Positions 48,945 to 55,900 of a DNA stretch of 64,000 bases are shown piece by piece (position 1 is the stretch's first letter; every line of letters begins with the position of its first letter). The notes beneath the pieces were generated by a model. The model searched no databases and was not told the DNA's origin. It was given only the letters and a program-made list of their open reading frames with translations. The stretch comes from Clostridia bacterium (GTDB taxonomy: Bacteria > Bacillota > Clostridia > Oscillospirales > Acutalibacteraceae): assembly GCA_017409475.1 (NCBI GenBank), contig JAFQSP010000008.1, positions 51,650 to 115,649 of the forward strand, given 5' to 3'. Both the position numbers and the translations under genes were made by a program.

Positions 48945-50075
48945 ATGATACAATATGAGGAACAGAGACTGCGCCTTTTAGATAATGAAGGAGCACTTAA
49001 GGAAATAGCCGGTGCTCTCGGTCTCGATATGCTTAGAAAAGAACAGGAAAGACTCGAAGCGCAGTCAGCAGAGAACGGCTTTTGGGACGATGTAGAAAAC
49101 TCACAGAAGGTTCTTCGCAAAATAGCCCAGTTAAAGAATAAAATTGCCGCTTATGATAATTTAAAGGCCGATTTTGACGATACTCTCGTTTTAATTGAGC
49201 TTGCCGATGAGGAAGAGGATTTATCAATGCTCGACGAGGCAATCGCGGGCGTTGACCGCGTTCTTAATAATATGGAATCCCTGCGTCTTACAACCCTTTT
49301 GACAGGGGAATACGACTCAAAGAATGCGATTTTGACCTTCCATGCGGGTGCAGGCGGTACCGAGGCTCAGGACTGGGTTCAGATGCTTTACCGTATGTAT
49401 AGCCGTTGGGCCGAACGTCATAATTTCAAGGCGAATCTTATCGACTTCCTCGACGGTGAAGAAGCCGGGCTTAAAAGCGCAGTTCTTCAAATTGAGGGAC
49501 TGAATGCATATGGCTTTTTGCGTAGTGAAGCTGGAGTTCACCGACTTGTTCGAGTTTCTCCCTTTGACTCATCGGGAAGAAGACATACTTCCTTTGCTTC
49601 ACTCGAAGTAATGCCTGAAATTGATGATGATATAAAGATTGATATCCGTCCGGAAGATGTAAAAATGGACGTTTTCCGTTCAAGCGGTGCCGGCGGCCAG
49701 AAGGTTAATAAGACATCTTCTGCCGTTCGTCTTACCCATATTCCTACCGGAATTGTTGTTTCGTGTCAGACCGAAAGAAGTCAGTTCCAGAATCGCGACA
49801 CCTGTATGACCATGTTAAAGTCAAAGCTTCTCGAAATTAAGGAACGTGAGCATCTTGACAAAATCGAGGATATCAAGGGCGTTCAAAAGGAAATTACCTG
49901 GGGCTCACAGATTCGTTCATACGTATTTATGCCCTATACGTTAGCAAAGGACCACCGTACAGGATTCGAAAACGGTAATATAAATGCCGTTATGGATGGT
50001 GATATTGACGGATTTATTAATGCCTTCTTAAAGGCAGAAAGCCTCGGTAAGCTCGGCGAATATAACGACGATTAA
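48945..50075 (+). CDS. prfB: Peptide chain release factor 2, encoded in a single frame
   Basis: SPF tripeptide (VSPFDSSGRRHTSF) and GGQ (SGAGGQKVNKTSSAVR). The N-terminal 25 aa are colinear with frameshift-type RF2s, but no in-frame TGA or CTT TGA site is present. Confidence 0.9.
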   Translation: MIQYEEQRLRLLDNEGALKEIAGALGLDMLRKEQERLEAQSAENGFWDDVENSQKVLRKIAQLKNKIAAYDNLKADFDDTLVLIELADEEEDLSMLDEAIAGVDRVLNNMESLRLTTLLTGEYDSKNAILTFHAGAGGTEAQDWVQMLYRMYSRWAERHNFKANLIDFLDGEEAGLKSAVLQIEGLNAYGFLRSEAGVHRLVRVSPFDSSGRRHTSFASLEVMPEIDDDIKIDIRPEDVKMDVFRSSGAGGQKVNKTSSAVRLTHIPTGIVVSCQTERSQFQNRDTCMTMLKSKLLEIKEREHLDKIEDIKGVQKEITWGSQIRSYVFMPYTLAKDHRTGFENGNINAVMDGDIDGFINAFLKAESLGKLGEYNDD

Positions 50076-50106
50076 ATTATTCCTGTAAGAAAATATAAAC
50101 TTTTTG

Positions 50107-50134
50107 TTGACAAATTTATAAAGTGTGATAAAAT
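50107..50134 (+). promoter_or_regulatory. SigA-type promoter of the metK leader
   Basis: TTGACA (50107-50112), 16 nt, TAAAAT (50129-50134) with an extended -10 TG. Confidence 0.6.
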
Positions 50135-50157
50135 ACACTGGTGAACAATTTAATAGC

Positions 50158-50266
50158 TGCTTTATCAAGAGTGACCGAGGGAACAGGCCCTGTGACGTCC
50201 GGCAACCTGCTTTTTTTTGCAAGGTGCTAATTCCTGCGGACAGTTTTTTTGTCCGAAAGATGAGGT
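50158..50266 (+). promoter_or_regulatory. SAM-I (S-box) riboswitch aptamer
   Basis: Conserved S-box blocks are present: TTATCAAGAG, GAGGGA.CAGGCCC.GTGA, CCGGCAACC, GGTGCTAATTCC and the closing AGATGAG. Confidence 0.9.
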
Positions 50267-50271
50267 TTTTT

Positions 50272-50306
50272 GAGCCCACTGCTTGATAAAGTATGTGGGC
50301 TTTTTT
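50272..50306 (+). terminator. Riboswitch expression-platform terminator with a competing antiterminator
   Basis: GCCCAC (50274-50279) / GTGGGC (50295-50300) plus T6. The terminator loop CTTGATAAAG (50282-50291) is the exact reverse complement of the P1 5' strand CTTTATCAAG (50160-50169). Confidence 0.85.
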
Positions 50307-50336
50307 ATGTTAAAAAATGAAAGGGAATATTGAATT

Positions 50337-51512
50337 ATGAAAAGACTTTTTACTTCCGAATCGGTTACTGAAGGACATCCTGATAAAATTTGCGACCAGA
50401 TTTCCGACGCGGTTTTAGACGCAATTATCAGCGAGGATAAAATGGCGCGTGTTGCTTGCGAAACCTTTTGTACAACCGATTTCGTTACCGTAATGGGCGA
50501 AATTACTACATCAGCAAAGGTAAATTACGAGGAAATCGTTCGAAAGGTTGTTTGCGATATCGGCTACGACAGTGACGAAAAATATTTTAACGGAAATACC
50601 TGCAAGGTAGAGGTAAAGATTCACGAGCAGTCACCCGATATTGCTCTTGGAGTTGACAATTCATTTGAAAAGAAAAATTCTGAATCTGAGGACGAAGATG
50701 GCGGTGCCGGTGACCAGGGACTAATGTTCGGCTACGCTTGCGACGAAACAAAGGAGCTTATGCCGATGCCAATTGCCCTTGCTCATGCGCTTGCACGTCG
50801 CCTTACTTACGTTAGAAAGTCGGGAATTATGCCCTATTTACGCGCAGACGGAAAGACTCAGGTTACCGTTGAATACGATGATGATAAGCCGGTAAGAGTG
50901 GACACAATCGTTGTTTCATCTCAGCATTCTGCGGATGTTTCGCTCGAATCTATTAGGGTCGATGTTATTGAGCATGTTATAAAGCCGATTATTTCTTGCG
51001 AGCTTATGGATGAAAATACAATAATTTACGTTAATCCGACCGGACGTTTTGTAATTGGTGGTCCGACAGGGGATACTGGTCTTACAGGAAGAAAGATTAT
51101 CGTTGATACATACGGTGGTTATGCTTGTCACGGTGGCGGTGCTTTCAGCGGTAAGGATCCCACAAAGGTTGACCGCTCAGCTACTTATGCCGCTCGTCAT
51201 GTGGCTAAAAATGTTGTTGCGGCAGGAATTGCGAAGCGTTGCGAGGTTCAGGTTGCATATGCAATCGGCGTAGCAAAGCCGGTTTCCGTAATGGTTAATA
51301 CTTTTGGCACAGGAATAAAATCGGATGAAGAAATTTCGTCAATTGTACGCGAAGTATTTGATTTACGTCCGACCGCAATTATTAACCGTTTTGACCTCCG
51401 CCGTCCGATTTATCAGAAAATCGCAGCTTATGGTCATATCGGAAGAACCGATATATCGTTGCCGTGGGAAAAACTTGATTATGTAGATAAATTAAAGGAA
51501 GCTATTTCTTGA
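50337..51512 (+). CDS. metK: S-adenosylmethionine synthase
   Basis: [29 protein letters not shown] and [16 protein letters not shown]. Confidence 0.96.
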   Translation: MKRLFTSESVTEGHPDKICDQISDAVLDAIISEDKMARVACETFCTTDFVTVMGEITTSAKVNYEEIVRKVVCDIGYDSDEKYFNGNTCKVEVKIHEQSPDIALGVDNSFEKKNSESEDEDGGAGDQGLMFGYACDETKELMPMPIALAHALARRLTYVRKSGIMPYLRADGKTQVTVEYDDDKPVRVDTIVVSSQHSADVSLESIRVDVIEHVIKPIISCELMDENTIIYVNPTGRFVIGGPTGDTGLTGRKIIVDTYGGYACHGGGAFSGKDPTKVDRSATYAARHVAKNVVAAGIAKRCEVQVAYAIGVAKPVSVMVNTFGTGIKSDEEISSIVREVFDLRPTAIINRFDLRRPIYQKIAAYGHIGRTDISLPWEKLDYVDKLKEAIS

Positions 51513-51579
51513 CATCCCTTAAATTTGTGTTATAATGCAAGCGAAGTGCCTTTTGCACAAATGGATAGGAGGTAATTAA

Positions 51580-51840
51580 ATGGATACTTCAAAAATGACA
51601 ATGCATAATGTTGATGTTGCCGATTTTATTCGTACTCTCGACACCTGCACAGGTGATGTTTTCCTCGAAACCAAAGAGGGGGACGTCCTAAATCTTAAAT
51701 CAAAGCTGTGCCAGTTTGCCGGACTCGCGAATATAATTAACGGAGCTTTTATTGCTGAGGCAACAATTCGTTGTTCAAATCCCGATGATGAAAGTAAACT
51801 TTTTAGGTTTAATTTGTACAAGGAAGTTCCTAATGAATAA
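51580..51840 (+). CDS. Hypothetical 86-aa cytoplasmic protein
   Basis: Strong RBS (AGGAGGT 7 nt before the ATG) and its own terminator. I recognise no motif. Confidence 0.6.
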   Translation: MDTSKMTMHNVDVADFIRTLDTCTGDVFLETKEGDVLNLKSKLCQFAGLANIINGAFIAEATIRCSNPDDESKLFRFNLYKEVPNE

Positions 51841-51842
51841 TT

Positions 51843-51882
51843 AAAAAAATGAGCAGCTGTAATTTATACGGCTGCTTTTTTG
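51843..51882 (+). terminator. Rho-independent terminator
   Basis: AGCAGC ... GCTGCT stem followed by TTTTTT. Confidence 0.7.
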
Positions 51883-52261
51883 TTATATTAAAATTGAAAT
51901 ATGAATTTAAGAGGATTATATAGAAAAAAGACAGTATTTTTTATGAAATAAACCCAAGTAAACCGAATTTTAAGTGGTTATGTAAACTAAATAATTTTAA
52001 TTTCTTTTTTTGATAATTAAAAGTTATTAACAATTTTATTGTTGTTTGAACGGGAAATCGGGCTCTATTGAGCTTTGATTGTTGAAAACTCTGTTGAAAC
52101 TGTTAATTTGAATATAAAATTGTATAAATGTATAAGTGATTATGTAACTTGATTTTATGTAATCTGGATGAGAATTATTTACATTTGTGTGTATAAATAC
52201 AGAGCAGTTGTTTTTTGATGCAGGAAATTCCGATAAAATATCCAAAATTTCAATAAAATAC

Positions 52262-52290
52262 TTGACATTTAGCATTGTGTTTTATATAAT
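52262..52290 (+). promoter_or_regulatory. Perfect consensus SigA promoter driving the tRNA-Pro locus
   Basis: TTGACA (52262-52267), exactly 17 nt, TATAAT (52285-52290). Confidence 0.7.
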
Positions 52291-52336
52291 CAAAAGGTCG
52301 TTAATTTAAGTTTATATTAAGTGCATGATTAAATAA

Positions 52337-52418
52337 CGAGGTGTGGCTCAGTTTGGTAGCTTTGAGCTTGACCGCTGCTAAATGCAGATGAAGGGAAAGC
52401 GAAAAGGCGCCGCGGTCG
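52337..52418 (+). pseudogene. Degenerate tRNA-Pro-like copy; the 5' third is intact and the rest has decayed
   Basis: The 32 nt at 52328-52359 equal 52525-52556 with one mismatch, covering the leader, the acceptor 5' strand and most of the D arm. After that only remnants align: a GCTGC..GCAG stem and CGCCGCG as a 3' acceptor remnant. There is no T arm. Confidence 0.55.
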
Positions 52419-52533
52419 AAAAAACAAGGAGAAACGAAGTTCCGTAGTTTTTTTCGGGCACCGCAAGAGTAAGCGTAGCGCTCTCGTGAAAATATAAAAC
52501 GCACAGTAATATGTTAGCATAAAAATTAAATAA

Positions 52534-52610
52534 CGAGGCGTGGCTCAGTTTGGTAGAGCGCTGCGTTCGGGACGCAGAGGCCGCAGGTTCAAATCCTGTC
52601 GCCTCGACCA
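52534..52610 (+). tRNA. tRNA-Pro (anticodon CGG), CCA encoded
   Basis: Manual cloverleaf: acceptor CGAGGCG/CGCCTCG, D arm GCTC-AGTTTGGTA-GAGC, anticodon arm CTGCG-TTCGGGA-CGCAG, T arm GCAGG-TTCAAAT-CCTGT. Confidence 0.9.
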
Positions 52611-52642
52611 AAAAATCCAAGTCTTCGGACTTGGATTTTTTT
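52610..52642 (+). terminator. Rho-independent terminator after tRNA-Pro
   Basis: A-run, TCCAAGTC-TTCG-GACTTGGA, T7. Confidence 0.85.
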
Positions 52643-52777
52643 ATCCAAGCCGACGGGCTTGGTATATCATCACGTTTTAGCGTGTATATCATTGCCGCAT
52701 TTATGCGGCGTATATCATCACACCGTAGGTGTGCATCAAAACAACTATCGGCTTGATGATATTCAATGCTTTGCATT
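52643..52777. repeat. Run of six contiguous short hairpins punctuated by the 10-mer GTATATCAT(C/T), three direct copies and one inverted
   Basis: 10-mers at 52662-52671, 52684-52693 and 52710-52719, plus an inverted 9/10 copy at 52755-52764. Hairpins at 52645-52662, 52671-52684, 52694-52709, 52719-52733, 52734-52758 and 52765-52777. Confidence 0.75.
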
Positions 52778-52868
52778 GATTTCTAAGGTTGGTTATGAAC
52801 ACTTGATCAGTAGAGAGCTTCACCACGCGACATTGCGTGTTGGGGTTCTTTTTTTGATACAAATAAAT

Positions 52869-52905
52869 AAAAAATCCGTCAAAACAAACGTTTTGACGGA
52901 TTTTT
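52869..52905. terminator. Bidirectional terminator 3' of the RCC1/dockerin gene
   Basis: A-run, 11-bp stem TCCGTCAAAAC / GTTTTGACGGA, T-run. Confidence 0.8.
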
Positions 52906-52924
52906 ATGAGTATTAATTTATTTC

Positions 52925-55900
52925 TTATGCTATTTCGAGCATGAGCATTTGGAGCAATACGATGTCGGTGCTGTCGATAATTCCGTTGCCGTTATAGTCG
53001 GTGTAGACGAAATTATCGCTGTTTACCGAGTCTATATCTAACAAATACTGTTGTATCATAAGCAAATCGCTCGTATCAACCTTTTTATCAAGGTTGATGT
53101 CACCGATGTTGTAAACAGTGGTTGTTTCGGTTTCGCCCATGTATTCGGTGCCGTTGAAGGTAGCGTAAACGGTTGCATTAATATCTGTATTAACCTGATT
53201 ATCGTTGATTTTTGCATTAAACACATAATATTCGTCGACTATTTCGTAATCGGTAATTGTGCTTTGCGTTCCACTAATTTCGATTACCAGGTAGGGAGAA
53301 GCATAGCCGCTATTTTCAATTTGCTCGGCGCTTAGCTTGAAATCAACCGATTTTTCGCCATGAACCTTGGCTATTGATTCGAAAATTCGAAGATAATCGA
53401 ATTCGCCACTTTTTATGGTATCGCCGCAGTTTTCACAGTAAGAGTAATATTTGCCGCTGAGTATTTCTGTCGGCTGTGAATAGACAGATAGCGTATCCGA
53501 AGACGTATGAATAAGTGAATAGTTTACATCGCTTAATATAGCTGCACAAAATACCTCTATGTTTTCGCAGGAGCATATAACGGTTGCTTTTTTGCATAGT
53601 ATAAAGGCATTTTCGGTGGCTGAGGTGATGCTGTCGGGTACCGTAATATCGGTAACGTCATCATCGCACGAAAAACAGTCGTCAATGCCGGTTACGGCTA
53701 TACCGTCGATTTCGGTGGGTATTTCTATATTTAGGTCGTCGCCGTAATAGCCCGTAACGCTTAAACTATCATCATCGTTATAAATATAGCCCCAGTCACC
53801 CTTTGCACGAGTATAGGCCGCAACAATATATCCTGCGCCAACATAACTGATTTGAGGTGTATAGCCGATGCTCAAAACACCGCTTTCGTCGGTTTGCGCC
53901 TGAACTAAATATAGGAGATTGCCCGATTCAAGCGGATTTTCAACCGTCTTTGACTTAACGGCGTAGAAATTGTACAGATATTTGGGTTTGAGACCCGTGA
54001 CCGTAACGCCGCTATTGTCAACTGTGACGTTGTCATCATTTACAAATGAATGTGTGTTATATGATGCTAATGAGGTCGCTCCCGGTAAAGTGATTTGTTT
54101 AGGAGTGAGCCTGTCGGTAGTAGTACCGTCACCGAGCTGACCGTAATAGTTATCACCCCAAGTATATAATTTTCCATCTTTAGTAATCGCAGCACTATGT
54201 CGATCACCAAGGCTTACTGATACCATATTACTCATAATATATTTTGGAGTATATTTATTGGTAGTTCTGCCGTCACCGAGCTGACCGTAATAGTTATCGC
54301 CCCAAGTATATAATTTACCGTCCTTTGTAATAGCGGCGCTGTGATGAAATCCAGTGCTTGCTGACGCAACGTTACTCATAATATATTTTGGTGTAAGTCT
54401 ATTGGTAGTTGTGCCGTCGCCAAGTTGTCCGTCGTAATTAAATCCCCAAGCATATAGTTTGCCATCCTTGGTAATAGCTGTACTATAACTACCATTAAGA
54501 CTTATCATTTTAACGTTATTCATAATATATTTTGGGATTAAACTATTAGTAGTTGTGCCATCACCAAGCATTCCCCAAGAGTTACTTCCCCAAGTATATA
54601 GTTTTCCATCTTTTGTGATAGCGGCGCTATGAAAGTCGCCAAAATTAAACGATAGAATATTATTCATAATGCATTTTGGCATACTTCTATTTGCAGTTGT
54701 ACCATTGCCGAGTTGCCCAGAGCCATTATATCCCCAAGTATATAATTTACCGTCCTTTGTAATAGCGGCACTGTGGGAATCCTCAAGATTTACCGATGCA
54801 ACATTACTCATAATATGTTTAGGAGTTTTACTGTTTGTGGTTGTACCATCGCCAAGTTGCCCGTAGTTATTACGTCCCCATGTATATAACTTGCCATCCT
54901 TCGTAACGGCAGCACTGTGATCGCAGCCAAGACTAACAGAAGCTACATTACTCATAATATATTTTGGGGTAAGTCTATTGGCAGTTGTGCCGTCGCCAAG
55001 CTGGCCGTAATCGTTAGCGCCCCAAGTATATAATTTACCATCCTTTGTAATGGCAGCACTGTGATAGCTGCCAAGAGCTACTGTTTCAAATTCATATTGA
55101 GATGAAGTATCAACTGGTGTTTTATTCAACGACAGTCTAATATCTCTTCCTTTATCTTTGATTTTATATGATTTTTCAATATTGATAAAGTCCTTTTTGG
55201 TTACCGTAACGGTGTATTTTCCGTTTTTGAGATATACCGCTTCGATTTTTCCGTCCTTGTCGGTGGTTTTTGTAATATCCTCGCTGCCTGACGAAATTTT
55301 TACCGAAGCACCTTGGACAACATCTTTGCCTTCTAATACGTTGACGATAAAGGAATAGCTGATATATGGACATGTGCCGAAGCCGAACTCATCATGGTCG
55401 AATGAATAATAAAAATCACGCAACTTAATCTTTTTATCCATTATGGTAAGCTTAAAGGTGAGTTTTTTGAGATTTAGGAATTTTGCCTCGAATGACAAAG
55501 AAGTCCTTGCCGAAAAGTCTCCGTCTATACAGCTTTTACATTCGTGCTTTTGGCTTGTTGATTCGGCGGAGGTGTAACAGAGAGCGCCTTTTATTTCGGC
55601 GCCAAATCGGCCTGACATTTTAGCTTCGGCTACTTTTTTGCTGATAATTGCTACCGACGGTTCGAGCGAAATGCCAATAAATACGGTGGCTTCCATCTTA
55701 AATTGACATTCAAATTTTGGCGTTGACGAGGTGTTTTTTATCTTTTTTGTATCTGTCGATGCCTTAAATCCAAATTGTCCTTTCAGTTCACCGCTTACAC
55801 TAACCTCACCGCTTAATTCTAAAATAAACGAGGGGGTAAACGAGATATATACGCCGGGGCAAACAGCGATTGCTATGTAACCAAGCGGTATTTTTGCAGC

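Noticed and set aside
51961-51988. Candidate chromosome dimer resolution (dif) site, because TTATGTAAACT equals the XerD arm of B. subtilis dif.
   Set aside because: The 11 nt where the XerC arm should lie (AACCGAATTTT) share essentially nothing with known XerC arms or with the inverted XerD arm. Related TTATGTAA copies nearby point to a local repeat instead.
52447-52470. T-box-like sequence (TTTTTCGGGCACCGCAAG) in the spacer upstream of tRNA-Pro
   Set aside because: It lacks the GGTGGTACCGCG core, the specifier loop, the AG bulge and any downstream regulated CDS.
52378-52776. 132-aa minus-strand ORF, plus the 85-aa plus-strand ORF at 52659-52916
   Set aside because: They run antisense through tRNA-Pro and its terminator, or through the hairpin array. 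The repeated DDI and VYHH peptides simply mirror the 10-nt DNA repeat.
52643-52777. Mini-CRISPR array
   Set aside because: The repeats are only 10 nt, the units are 22-26 nt, there are only three direct copies, the variable parts are themselves palindromes, and no cas genes are in the window.
52262-52925. Integrated mobile element or prophage at tRNA-Pro
   Set aside because: The window contains no integrase, transposase, or duplicated tRNA 3' end. The only duplication is of the 5' part, and it encloses just about 165 nt.
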